IMG/VR virus record: IMGVR_UViG_3300021197_001793
Coordinates: 6,655-70,654 of that record
Reading direction: 5' to 3' (one strand)
DNA length: 64,000 nt
From: a virus
The notes beneath the pieces are model-generated. The model was given only the letters and a program-made list of their open reading frames with translations, was not told the origin of the DNA and searched no databases. The translations under genes and the position numbers were made by a program. Positions within the stretch are counted from its first letter, which is position 1, and the number at the start of each line of letters is the position of its first letter. Below are positions 1-9,807 of this stretch, in pieces.

Positions 1-2
1 TT

Positions 3-1694
3 GACATACAAGTATCCGGTGCTGTTAAAATAGCATCAGACAAGCTGGGGATTACAGGCTCCTTTGCTGGTAATGGTTTGCTTTACGAAGGTGGGGTTGA
101 TTCCATTTCTTCGATAGGAATTGATTTAGCTACGTCATCTGGGTTACAACTAAGCAGTGGAGAGCTTTCAGTTAACTTAAATTCATTAGGGACTGCAACA
201 CCGCTTTTCAGCGCTGATAGTGTTGTTTTTATCGATGCAGATGACGGCTCTACTAAAAAATCCACATTTAGTAATTTTGTGGCCACCATGGCAGGAGATG
301 GTCTTGTTAACAATTCTGGTCGTTTCGATATTAATGTAAGTGGCGCCATGGCTCTCCAATCAGATAAGTTAGTTTTATCATCGTCTGTTGCTGGTAATGG
401 TCTTGAAGTTGGTGCTGGTGATGATCAGATGGTAAATACTCTATCTGTCAAGGTTTCTGATTTTATGTCCAATGGGGCAAACAATAGGATTTTAACTGCC
501 GGGGATGCAAATTCTATGAATGCAGAAACCAAATTTACCTTTGATGACACGACCCTCATATTAACAGGTTCCAGTATATTCAGTGGTTCAGCCACTACAT
601 TCGACACTACTGAATTTGTAATACAGTCTGCGACATCGGAAAAACCAACGATAGAACTTAAAAACACAACGCCAAGTGATTCAAACGCTGGTGTTCTTAT
701 GAACTTTTTTAAGCAGCCTAGCGACAATGCCGGCGAAAGCGATAATAACACTCTTGGTGGTATTAAATTCTTGGGATTGGACTCCGGTAACAACTCAACA
801 ATTTACGGACAAATGACAGTCCACTCATCAGACAAGACCGGTGGTGATGAAGGGGGCGAATTTAGATTCTACGTACAAGCAGGTGGAACCGGAGGAACAG
901 CGACTCTTAGTGAAATATTTAGTATTGGCGGTGAAGATGTCGGCTCAGGTGGAGGCGAACCTTGCGAAGTTGTTGTTAACGATGCCGGGATTGATTGCAA
1001 TTTTAGAGTCGAATCAGACACAAACACCACAGCATTTATCATAGACGGCACAAACGGACATATTGGAATCGGTGATGATGCTGATTCTGGTGCCTTGCTA
1101 ACGCTTTCCGGCTCTAATGACGAATATTTATTTGAAGCCAAGCAGCAAGGCAACGGATACCCAACAGCATTCTTAGCAGGAGAAAGTCATGGCACATATC
1201 CGGGACTATTATATAATAGAGGAAAGCTAGCAAATGGCGGAGCAATATCACAAGGTAATCTCGAAGGTGCCAATGGGTCCCATACTAGACTAACAGTTAG
1301 AAAAGCATCCATCACAGATAACTCAGCTACAAATGTTGTCACGATAACAGTTCCAAATGCAAACCATGCAGCAGCGATTAGGGTCTTTGGGTTGGCAAAC
1401 TTTGATAACTGCGCCTATTCACAAGTGTTTTCCTTTCAAGGTACTATTGGCAGGACTTCTGGTGCCCCAACAGATAAAGCGTTTTCTTCCGTGACAACAA
1501 CAGAAAATGCGTCTGTGACTCCCAACTTTTCGATTGCCGTAGGCGGTAGTAGCAATACGGGCGCAAACAGTGCAACCCAGACGTTTACCGTTCAGTTTAC
1601 AATCAATACCTCTGATAGCGCATCTTCGAATGCAACATTCATGATAGAATTAATAAACTTCAATGATTCTGGTGTAACAATGGTGGCTTCATAA
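3..1694 (+). CDS. Virion fibre/structural protein (5'-truncated, starts upstream of window)
   Basis: Frame is open from position 3. Gly/Ser/Thr/Asn-rich beta-type sequence with an internal repeat (DIQVSGAVKIASDKLGITGSFAGNGL vs DINVSGAMALQSDKLVLSSSVAGNGL) and fibre-like 'GHIGIG' and 'FRVESD' segments. Confidence 0.65.
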   Translation, partial: DIQVSGAVKIASDKLGITGSFAGNGLLYEGGVDSISSIGIDLATSSGLQLSSGELSVNLNSLGTATPLFSADSVVFIDADDGSTKKSTFSNFVATMAGDGLVNNSGRFDINVSGAMALQSDKLVLSSSVAGNGLEVGAGDDQMVNTLSVKVSDFMSNGANNRILTAGDANSMNAETKFTFDDTTLILTGSSIFSGSATTFDTTEFVIQSATSEKPTIELKNTTPSDSNAGVLMNFFKQPSDNAGESDNNTLGGIKFLGLDSGNNSTIYGQMTVHSSDKTGGDEGGEFRFYVQAGGTGGTATLSEIFSIGGEDVGSGGGEPCEVVVNDAGIDCNFRVESDTNTTAFIIDGTNGHIGIGDDADSGALLTLSGSNDEYLFEAKQQGNGYPTAFLAGESHGTYPGLLYNRGKLANGGAISQGNLEGANGSHTRLTVRKASITDNSATNVVTITVPNANHAAAIRVFGLANFDNCAYSQVFSFQGTIGRTSGAPTDKAFSSVTTTENASVTPNFSIAVGGSSNTGANSATQTFTVQFTINTSDSASSNATFMIELINFNDSGVTMVAS

Positions 1695-1714
1695 TTCCTT
1701 TTCCCATCAACTGA

Positions 1715-1722
1715 ACTATTTA
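1715..1722 (+). promoter_or_regulatory. Putative late promoter motif ACTATTTA
   Basis: Copy of the recurrent (A/C/T)CTANTTA motif, 35 nt upstream of the scaffold gene start. Confidence 0.6.
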
Positions 1723-1756
1723 TCATAGATAAAAATATTACTAGGAGTTAGAATTA

Positions 1757-2767
1757 ATGTCTTCAATGTTAGAACAAGCAATCGTAGATGCGGCGGCATT
1801 GCGTGAAGCAGCCCTAAAAAACGCAGAACAATCTTTAATTGAAAAGTATGCACCACAGATTAAGGAAGCGGTGGATTCTTTACTAGAAAAGGATGTCCTA
1901 GAGGAACAAGAAATGGGAGCATCTGAATCTGCTATGAATAGCATCGAGGCTCCATTTGCAGCAGCGCCCACAACAGATGCTAATGCGGATGTTACATTCA
2001 CCATGACGGATGATGATCAAGTTTATGATTTTGATCTCAGCGCACTAAGTGCAGCTAATGATGAACAAGGAAGTCAAGGGGAGCAAGAGTCTACTGAAAA
2101 TGTAATGTCTGACTTGGGATTGAATATGCCAAGCGATGATGATGCCGGTGGAGAAGAAGCACTCTTAGAAGAAATCATGGATATATTATCAGAAGTTGGT
2201 GAAGAAACCAACGAAGAGAGTGAAGTGATTGAAGAAGAAGTCACAATGGAAATGGCCGGAGAACACAAAAACGGAACATTTGAAACAAATGAAGCGACTC
2301 TCAAGTATCAAGAAGAAATGCAAATGGCTATGGATGAGATGGAAGAAGAAAACGAAAAACTCAAAGAAAAGAATGAAAAACTATCAGAATCTCTCAATAG
2401 CATAGGAAAAAAGAACAAACAATTACTACAAATAGTTAAAAAATTAGACAACAGTCTTAAAGAGACTTTGTTGTCGAATGCTAAATTGCTTTATAGCAAT
2501 AAGACGTTAAGCGATGCCTCCTTGAATGAGCGACAAAAACATAAAATTGTCGAAGCCATCGTAAAGGCAAAAACACCAGAAGAGGCAAAGAATCTTCATG
2601 AAGCACTCAAAACTACAGTGGGGTCAACAAAAGACAGTGGCCCAAAATCACTTAGGGAGTCAGTAAACAGAAAATCAAATCTCTCAGGTATTATGCCAAG
2701 ACGCAAACAGCCAGAACAAGAATATTCATTTGCAGATCAAATGAAGAAGCTTGCTGGTATTAAATGA
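1757..2767 (+). CDS. Prohead core scaffolding protein (T4 gp22-like)
   Basis: Very acidic coiled-coil protein directly upstream of the MCP. Many L-x-E motifs, ends in MKKLAGIK, RBS AGGAG. Confidence 0.75.
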   Translation: MSSMLEQAIVDAAALREAALKNAEQSLIEKYAPQIKEAVDSLLEKDVLEEQEMGASESAMNSIEAPFAAAPTTDANADVTFTMTDDDQVYDFDLSALSAANDEQGSQGEQESTENVMSDLGLNMPSDDDAGGEEALLEEIMDILSEVGEETNEESEVIEEEVTMEMAGEHKNGTFETNEATLKYQEEMQMAMDEMEEENEKLKEKNEKLSESLNSIGKKNKQLLQIVKKLDNSLKETLLSNAKLLYSNKTLSDASLNERQKHKIVEAIVKAKTPEEAKNLHEALKTTVGSTKDSGPKSLRESVNRKSNLSGIMPRRKQPEQEYSFADQMKKLAGIK

Positions 2768-2789
2768 CATACTTTAGGAGGTATTACAA

Positions 2790-4685
2790 ATGTCTATTAT
2801 TCAGAAATTAACTGAAGGCATCGTGAACCGTGATTTAAAAGCAGAAGGGCAAGCCCTTTTGAACAAATGGTCACAAACAGGTTTACTTGAAGGCCTTGAA
2901 AATGAGCACAAAAAGTCTACTATGGCTCGATTGCTCGAAAACCAAGCTAAAGAACTACTTCGTGAGAGTTCTTCTATGAGCGCAGGCGATGTTGAAGGAT
3001 TCGCCGCTGTTGCGTTCCCAATCGTTCGTCGAGTATTCGCCGGACTTATCGCTAACGATCTTGTTAGTGTACAACCAATGAGTTTGCCAAGTGGACTCAT
3101 CTTCTTTCTAGATTTCGTATATTCGCCAAATCTTGATGCATCTGAGTCTCAAACTTCTCGCTTTGGAAACATTGCAGACAAATCCATCTACGGTACAGAC
3201 CGTGTTGGTTCTCAAGTCACCGGTGGCGTTAACTTAGTTGATTCTAACAAGGGAGATTTAGGCTCTCCAAGAAATATGGTTGGATATGCATACGCTTCCC
3301 CAACTGGTTCTTTGTCGGAGATCGTAACTTCTAGTGTTGCAAATGCAGGCCTTAAAGCTATCATTAAACTTGATGGTTCTTTGACTGAAGCACAAAAGAA
3401 AGTTCTTGGATATGACCCAGATTTATTGAGCGTGACCGCAGGTACTCAACACGCTGTTGTTTTTGATATTGCAAAGAGCTTTTTCACTAATGGTGACTTT
3501 GAAAATATGAGCGCTTTCTCTTTGACTGAAGCTGCCGATGGTGCTGATTTAGCTGCTACTGCAACTGCTATTGGACTTAGAGAAGTTCTAAACGATAATG
3601 CTGGAATTAGTACTGGTGCTATCACTGGTATATCTCAGATTAGACGTTTGACAGAATTAGTTGACGATAGTACATCTGTACTTACATCAAATGTGGACGC
3701 AGTTCGTTTTGTCCTCATTGACGCCGCTGGTACTTATACAGAGGTGATCAATACTAGTGCTACTACATTGGGTGCTGCTGGTGAGCCTCTTCGTGTTGAT
3801 GCAATCAAATATCCCAAATCGGATGGCGTTTCGACTGATGCTGTTGGTTCTGGACCCGGTGCTGGTGCCCTCAACTCTTATACAATGTTGATGGAAGCCA
3901 ATGCTGATATCCCAGAGATCGACATCAAGGTTGATTCAATTGCGATCACAGCGCAGACCAAAAAGCTTAAAGCTAAATGGACTCCTGAGCTTGGTCAAGA
4001 TTTGAATGCTTATCATAACCTTGATGCTGAAGTTGAATTGACTTCTATTCTTTCAGAGCAAATTGCTTTGGAAATTGATCGTGAGATCCTTGCTGACCTT
4101 GTAAATGGCGCAAAAGCTGCAACATTCTACTGGTCTCGTTCTCCCGGTTTGTTTGTTAATCGTTCAACTGGTGCTGAGATTGGTCAAACATCCGCTGCTC
4201 CTGACTTTACAGGAACAGTATCAGAATGGTATGAGACTTTGATCGAAACCATTAATGATGTGTCTGCTCAAATTCATCGTAAAACTCTTCGTGGTGGAGC
4301 TAACTTTTGTGTAGTTTCTCCTGAAGTTGCTAACATTCTTGAGTTCACCTCTGGTTTCCGTGCAAACGTTACTGCTGATGCTGATAAAGGCGACATTGGC
4401 GCCATGAAAGTTGGTTCTTTGAGTCGTAAGTTCGACATTATCGTTGATCCTTACTTCCCACGTAACGTTATCCTTGTAGGGCGTAAAGGAAATTCATTCC
4501 TTGAGTCTGGATATGTTTATGCTCCATACGTGCCGCTACAAACAACACCTACAATTTTCGGTGTGGAAGACTTCGTTCCACGTAAAGGGGTAATGACCCG
4601 TTACGCTAAGAAGATGGTCCGCCCTGATATGTACGGTCTTGTTATCGTTCGTGGATTGCTTGGTGAAGCTGGTGCAACTAGCTAA
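2790..4685 (+). CDS. Major capsid protein, T4 gp23 family
   Basis: gp23 hallmarks: VSVQPMSLPSGLIF, KLKAKWTPELGQDLNAYHNLDAEVEL, EIDREI, YAPYVPL, PRKGVMTRYA. Confidence 0.97.
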   Translation: MSIIQKLTEGIVNRDLKAEGQALLNKWSQTGLLEGLENEHKKSTMARLLENQAKELLRESSSMSAGDVEGFAAVAFPIVRRVFAGLIANDLVSVQPMSLPSGLIFFLDFVYSPNLDASESQTSRFGNIADKSIYGTDRVGSQVTGGVNLVDSNKGDLGSPRNMVGYAYASPTGSLSEIVTSSVANAGLKAIIKLDGSLTEAQKKVLGYDPDLLSVTAGTQHAVVFDIAKSFFTNGDFENMSAFSLTEAADGADLAATATAIGLREVLNDNAGISTGAITGISQIRRLTELVDDSTSVLTSNVDAVRFVLIDAAGTYTEVINTSATTLGAAGEPLRVDAIKYPKSDGVSTDAVGSGPGAGALNSYTMLMEANADIPEIDIKVDSIAITAQTKKLKAKWTPELGQDLNAYHNLDAEVELTSILSEQIALEIDREILADLVNGAKAATFYWSRSPGLFVNRSTGAEIGQTSAAPDFTGTVSEWYETLIETINDVSAQIHRKTLRGGANFCVVSPEVANILEFTSGFRANVTADADKGDIGAMKVGSLSRKFDIIVDPYFPRNVILVGRKGNSFLESGYVYAPYVPLQTTPTIFGVEDFVPRKGVMTRYAKKMVRPDMYGLVIVRGLLGEAGATS

Positions 4686-4710
4686 CCCATAAACCACATT
4701 GGTTAAATAT

Positions 4711-4747
4711 AAGCCCCCTCTCTTCGGATTGGGGGCTTTACTTTTTT
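4711..4747 (+). terminator. Intrinsic terminator after the MCP gene
   Basis: AAGCCCCC...GGGGGCTT stem followed by a T-run. Confidence 0.85.
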
Positions 4748-4751
4748 GAAA

Positions 4752-4759
4752 ACTAATTA
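4752..4759 (+). promoter_or_regulatory. Putative late promoter motif ACTAATTA
   Basis: Motif copy immediately after the terminator and ahead of a 113-nt leader. Confidence 0.55.
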
Positions 4760-4784
4760 CATGCGAATGAGAATATCGTTCATC

Positions 4785-4863
4785 CATTGTTATCGGGCAA
4801 GCTTGACTTGCCTCCTATTATCGCTGAAATAAAACGATAAAGGAACATGATTATAAAAGGAGG
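4785..4863 (+). promoter_or_regulatory. Structured 5' leader (three-way junction) with anti-SD
   Basis: Stems GGCAAG/CTTGCC (4796-4812) and TCCT-A-TTATCG/CGATAA-AGGA (4813-4844), closed by CAT(T)GT/ACATG. CCTCCT (4811-4816) is complementary to the SD AGGAGG (4858-4863). Confidence 0.5.
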
Positions 4864-4872
4864 GTTTTTAAC

Positions 4873-5433
4873 ATGGGAACAAAAAGAGTAGGTCTCGCTA
4901 GAATCGAGGCCCTAATTGAAAATTTAAAAAGAGAACTAAAATTGGGCGCTGATGCTAAAATTGTTGGTGGTGCATACCACACAGCAGTAGCAGATGTTCA
5001 GCACAACAACACTACTGATGCCGCCGCAGTTGGTTCAGCAACCATATCTGCTGGTGTTTTGTCTGCCGGAGACTGTATTTATGTAAAAGCGAGAGGACGA
5101 TGTATTTCTACTAATAGTACTGATACTCTAACTCCTACGCTAAAAATTGGCTCTACAACGATTCAAGCAGGGGCTGCTTTGAATGTTGACAACAACGACA
5201 TTGTTGACGTTGAGGCATTTATACAAATTAGAACTGTCGGCTCTTCTGGTACATTCGTTGCTATTGGGGAAATAAGCTCTGATGCGTTGGGAGCAACAAA
5301 GCTACCCTTCACAAAAACTTCAACCGTTATTGACACCACTGCTGCCCTTACTGTGACTTTAGAGATGGATTGGTCGGTAGCTAATGCTAGTAACCAATAC
5401 ACACAGGATTTCTACATGGTAAAGATTGACTAA
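4873..5433 (+). CDS. Putative head decoration/virion protein
   Basis: Follows the MCP with a strong SD. Short helical N-terminus, then an Ala/Thr/Gly-rich beta-sandwich-like domain. Confidence 0.5.
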   Translation: MGTKRVGLARIEALIENLKRELKLGADAKIVGGAYHTAVADVQHNNTTDAAAVGSATISAGVLSAGDCIYVKARGRCISTNSTDTLTPTLKIGSTTIQAGAALNVDNNDIVDVEAFIQIRTVGSSGTFVAIGEISSDALGATKLPFTKTSTVIDTTAALTVTLEMDWSVANASNQYTQDFYMVKID

Positions 5434-5452
5434 AAAAAATAACAATCTAACA

Positions 5453-5489
5453 AACTCCCCCTTTCTTCGGATTGGGGGTTTTTTATTTG
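5453..5489 (+). terminator. Intrinsic terminator (near-duplicate of the 4714-4735 hairpin)
   Basis: CCCCCTTTCTTCGGATTGGGGG followed by a T-run. Confidence 0.8.
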
Positions 5490-5568
5490 AAAGCCAAAAT
5501 ACCTCAAATTTTTTTTCGACCACATTTTGAGATTTTAAACTATTTATACCAAACCATAGGAGTTAAAA

Positions 5569-6030
5569 ATGGGAAAGAGAAGAAGAAAGCTATTGAGACG
5601 AAAATATCAAGCATTACCATGGAATGTTTACGGTCAACCCTCAACAATAAACACAATCCAACCAGAACAAAAGATTGTAAAGGCAGCGGAAGATAATTCA
5701 GTAATGATTGATCGCATGAAAAGGATGTCAGCAACATTTGATGAATTGGTTGTTGCCATGAACGAAGTTGATTGGAGCGAAGTAGAAGAAATGGAAGAGC
5801 CAGTTGCTCAGATGAAAGTAGAGTCTACTGTCGAAATGAAAGAAGAACCCGCAGTTGAAATGACAATCCAGCCATTCAATGAACCGACGCTTATAGCGCC
5901 AGTAGCTGCACCAAGCTTCAAAAAAATGACCAAGAGGGCCCTAATGACATATGCCAAAAATAATAACATTACGGTAAAAAGAAGTATGACAAAGAACCAA
6001 TTGATTAAAGCCATTCAAGAAACTATTTAG
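5569..6030 (+). CDS. Hypothetical protein with C-terminal Rho-N/HeH-like nucleic-acid-binding motif
   Basis: C-terminus FKKMTKRALMTYAKNNNITVKRSMTKNQLIKAI, basic N-terminus, late motif ACTATTTA at 5539. Confidence 0.55.
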   Translation: MGKRRRKLLRRKYQALPWNVYGQPSTINTIQPEQKIVKAAEDNSVMIDRMKRMSATFDELVVAMNEVDWSEVEEMEEPVAQMKVESTVEMKEEPAVEMTIQPFNEPTLIAPVAAPSFKKMTKRALMTYAKNNNITVKRSMTKNQLIKAIQETI

Positions 6031-6051
6031 AAGTGAACGGAGGGTTCATGA

Positions 6052-7335
6052 ATGTCATTTCCAACTTTGACGCCAACATCTACTGTTAGTGCGATCGTAT
6101 TACCAAAAACAGCTTCCTTTGATGGGGCTGTGCCAAAAAATTCAGCCGTTGCAATTGCGTGTCCCATTGGGGCTTACAGTGCTTCTGCTGATTTTGTCAC
6201 AGGTGCCATAGCTCAGGTAGCCTATACCTACAAGAAACTTGGTGGGGATGTTCTTGATATCGAGATCACTAGCGGTAGCGTTTTTGCTAACTACGAAGAG
6301 GCCTGTCTAGAATATTCTTATATTGTCAACACATATCAGGCAAAGAGTATAATCGGTTCTGCTTTAGGCGGGACAACTGGTTCCTTTAATTATCAGGGAC
6401 GGTTAAAGCCGGGCGATGCTGTTAGTGGTTCGAATGTTGAATTAAAATATCCAAAGTTTTCATTTGAGACATCATTTAGAATTGGAGAATCTTTCGCCAC
6501 AGAAGCTGGGATTGGTGGCCAAACCACAATTTATTCTGCTTCGTTTGCAACCGAGGCCCTTAAGCAAGACTATGACCTACAGTCAGTTGTAAAAGCAGCG
6601 GCAGATGAGGCAACGTCTTTATTTTATAATAAGGTTGGTAACAATAGAATTAAAATTCGTCAAGTCTATTATGTTTCTGCAAGACAAATGTGGAGATTTT
6701 ATGGTTACTATGGCGGACTTAATGTTGTTGGAGATATGCACACTTATGGTCAATATGCTGATGATTCAACTTTTCAAGTAATACCAGCATGGCATAATAA
6801 ACTACAAGCAGTGGCCTACGAGGATCACCTATATACTAGAACTTCACATTACTCATATGAAGTTGTTAACAACCAACTAAGATTATACCCGACACCCAGT
6901 AGCGCTTCACCAGAAAATATTTGGTTTAAATTTACAATCGATGGTGGAACGGACATATGGGAAGATGACTATGATTCAGGACAAAGTGGCATCAACAATA
7001 TGAATACCCTTCCGTTTGAGAATATACCATATGACCATATAAATTCCATCGGTAAACAGTGGATTCGTAGGTTTGCTTTGGCGCTTTCAAAAGAAACCTT
7101 GGGTCAAGTTAGGGGCAAATTTGGCGGTAATGTGCCAATCCCCGGAGACAATATAAGCTTAAATGCCTCAGACCTTCTTGGTCAGGCGGCAACCGAGCAA
7201 GATAAGTTGAGAGAGGAATTAAAAACCATACTCTCAGAAATGACATATGATAAACTAATTGAAACAGATAAAAACATGACTGAAAATGCCAAAGAGCTAA
7301 TGCAGGATGTTCCTTTAAAGATATTTGTGGGGTAA
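6052..7335 (+). CDS. Neck/head completion protein (T4 gp13-like)
   Basis: KLGGDVLDIEI near the N-terminus, WIRRFALALSKETLGQVRGKF..IP at the C-terminus. Lies between head and tail genes, late motif at 6022. Confidence 0.75.
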   Translation: MSFPTLTPTSTVSAIVLPKTASFDGAVPKNSAVAIACPIGAYSASADFVTGAIAQVAYTYKKLGGDVLDIEITSGSVFANYEEACLEYSYIVNTYQAKSIIGSALGGTTGSFNYQGRLKPGDAVSGSNVELKYPKFSFETSFRIGESFATEAGIGGQTTIYSASFATEALKQDYDLQSVVKAAADEATSLFYNKVGNNRIKIRQVYYVSARQMWRFYGYYGGLNVVGDMHTYGQYADDSTFQVIPAWHNKLQAVAYEDHLYTRTSHYSYEVVNNQLRLYPTPSSASPENIWFKFTIDGGTDIWEDDYDSGQSGINNMNTLPFENIPYDHINSIGKQWIRRFALALSKETLGQVRGKFGGNVPIPGDNISLNASDLLGQAATEQDKLREELKTILSEMTYDKLIETDKNMTENAKELMQDVPLKIFVG

Positions 7336-7337
7336 AG

Positions 7338-9803
7338 ATGAAATTATTAATGGAAAACTGGCGGCAGTTTGTAAAAGAACGTAAATTACAAGAAGCAACT
7401 GATGAAGAGATCAGTTATTTAGAGAGCGCTTTAGAAATTCCACCTGAAAAGTTGCCGTTTGGTAATATTTTTGGTGATAAATATAGATTTGTTGAAGAAT
7501 TGAAGGTTATAGACCCTAATTCTCCATTCAAAGTTACAATGAACGCTTTGGAGGCGATGGGGTGGAATGTTGCTGAACCTAGTGATATATCATACGACAC
7601 CAAAAACAGGATATCCGGTAAGATTTGGTGCACGAAGACTAAAATTACGAAATATATCGACAAAAACGGAGAGATTCAGAGCGCCAAACGAGCAGTTAAA
7701 TTAAATCTTCCAAAATTGCTTACTGGTATTGTAAACTTTGTTGAAAAATCAGAACCAGTACTAAGAAAGTCTTGGCTTGATACAATAAGCAAAGTAATTC
7801 ACAGGAAAGAGCAAGATGCAAAGTCCGTAGACGGTACCCTTGCGCCTCCATCGGCAGAGGACAAATATAAAATATCAGGGAGGGCTCATAGACAATTAGG
7901 TTCAATCAATAAACAAGAATATATGAGTATTATAAAATATGTCTCCGCTATGCATTACTGGCTTGGTATTACGCCGGATACTGTTGGGTTTACTCGTGGT
8001 ATTGGCGAATTCTTTCAAATAAAAAATATCAAAATGGATAAAATTAAACAATTTTCTTTGTTTTTGGAAGAAAAATTTCAAAACTTTTTAAAAAATGTCA
8101 ATAAATTATACGAAAATTATTATTTGATATATTCTAGACACCCTGTTGATGTATTTAGGATGTCAGACCACCAAGGTCTTGATAGTTGTCATAGCCTGCC
8201 TAGCGGAAAATCCGGTCAGTGGGACCAGTACAATATCTGTGCACTTGCCGAGGCATATGGGAATGGCATGATTGTTTATGCAGTCGAAGCATCAGAGTTT
8301 AAAAGAAAGGGCGTGTATCCATCAGATAGGGCCCTATCTGAGTTGGATGATGTTGAAATATTCGCCGACAAAATAAGAGGCATCGACGGAATTGAGCCCT
8401 CAAGTAGGGTAAGAATCAGAAATACTTCATATCACGGCTCAAGCGACCCTGTAAGATTGGCTGTTGCCGAAAAGAGAGTATATGGTGTTGAATTGCCGGG
8501 CTTTAAAGATAAAATTAACAATAGATTATCCACAGCACAAAAAACAGAAATAGAGAAGATAACAGGTGAAAGCGAAGTAATTAATTTATCTGATTTTACA
8601 AGATATGGTGGAGATTACGAGGATAATTCTGTTTCCGAATTAATACCTCACCTTTTTAATAAAGCTGGAGTTGGGATCAAGTTCTCTGGTAATGTTCATT
8701 ATGATTGGGATTTACAAAACAGTCTATCGCAAAAGGTTGGAGGGTCAACAGTCGGTGCAATGGAAACGAGGCTAGAAGAGATCTTTGAAGGACATTCAGG
8801 TGGTATGTTTTCATTTAGCCATAATGTGGAAGAAGACCACGACGGTCAGGTTATCTATGACTGGCATATGTTTATAAAATTCAAAATTAAATTCAAAGCA
8901 AACAATATGCCGTATGAATTATATCATAAGGTTTTAGACATTATTAAAGATGTAGCAGAACACCAGTGGCCCGATTATTATGATCTTCCGCAGACAGTTG
9001 GTGTAGATGTGGCATGGAATGATAGAGAGCAAGAATTTATTGTCATTGTAGACTATCATAGCAGTGTCTTATTTGGTTATGGCAATTTGGATGAATTAGA
9101 TGCGGATTTAGAAAATCTTCTTAATGAGGATGGGTATCGTAACAAATTTGATTATTATGTCGAGGATGGACCAATTCAACTAATTGTAAACGATCTCAAA
9201 TTAAACGGATTAATCGAATCAGATGAATATAAAGTTGATTCTATGATTGAAAAACACGGACTGGAAGATAAATCTTGGTGGCCGATAGTTGACAAGGAAA
9301 CCGAACATAGTAGTTTTGGTGAAACGACAACAGGAGCCTCCTTTCAGGACGAATTTAGCATCTACCCAGACGAACTGATTCAGGGAGTGCCCGATAATTT
9401 TAAGCCGGCAGCAATTAGAATAATAACAGAGTATGTCAATATGCTCGCTGGGAACTGGAAATTTGCAACCGAAGTTGTGCACGGGCAAGAACACAATGAT
9501 GATTTGGCACCAATCACTATTACGATTGACGGTTATATCCTAGGAGACGGAAAAGTCCCAGTCGAAGACGTGGCGGAGATGATAAAAGAAGAAACAGAGT
9601 TAAATTTTATGATTGCCACAGGTATGACTAACGATATGTCTAAACAAAAATTAGAAAATATTGCAAAGTTTTTAGTAGAAGATGCTGATGTTGATAAAGT
9701 CTCAGAAAATATTGAGGCAAAAATAAAATCAGCCATCGCAGATAAATTAAGAGGGCAAGTGTCCGAAAGTAGACGAAGAATCAAAATAAAAATTATAAGG
9801 TAA
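7338..9803 (+). CDS. Large putative internal virion (cargo) protein
   Basis: CTS-like N-terminus MKLLMENWRQFVKE, central SRHPVDVFRMSD..DSCH motif, acidic C-terminal half. Inserted between the neck genes. Confidence 0.5.
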   Translation: MKLLMENWRQFVKERKLQEATDEEISYLESALEIPPEKLPFGNIFGDKYRFVEELKVIDPNSPFKVTMNALEAMGWNVAEPSDISYDTKNRISGKIWCTKTKITKYIDKNGEIQSAKRAVKLNLPKLLTGIVNFVEKSEPVLRKSWLDTISKVIHRKEQDAKSVDGTLAPPSAEDKYKISGRAHRQLGSINKQEYMSIIKYVSAMHYWLGITPDTVGFTRGIGEFFQIKNIKMDKIKQFSLFLEEKFQNFLKNVNKLYENYYLIYSRHPVDVFRMSDHQGLDSCHSLPSGKSGQWDQYNICALAEAYGNGMIVYAVEASEFKRKGVYPSDRALSELDDVEIFADKIRGIDGIEPSSRVRIRNTSYHGSSDPVRLAVAEKRVYGVELPGFKDKINNRLSTAQKTEIEKITGESEVINLSDFTRYGGDYEDNSVSELIPHLFNKAGVGIKFSGNVHYDWDLQNSLSQKVGGSTVGAMETRLEEIFEGHSGGMFSFSHNVEEDHDGQVIYDWHMFIKFKIKFKANNMPYELYHKVLDIIKDVAEHQWPDYYDLPQTVGVDVAWNDREQEFIVIVDYHSSVLFGYGNLDELDADLENLLNEDGYRNKFDYYVEDGPIQLIVNDLKLNGLIESDEYKVDSMIEKHGLEDKSWWPIVDKETEHSSFGETTTGASFQDEFSIYPDELIQGVPDNFKPAAIRIITEYVNMLAGNWKFATEVVHGQEHNDDLAPITITIDGYILGDGKVPVEDVAEMIKEETELNFMIATGMTNDMSKQKLENIAKFLVEDADVDKVSENIEAKIKSAIADKLRGQVSESRRRIKIKIIR

Positions 9804-9807
9804 AGAT

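Noticed and set aside
4785-4850. Hammerhead ribozyme reading of the three-way junction
   Set aside because: The CUGAUGA and GAAA core is not present at the junction.
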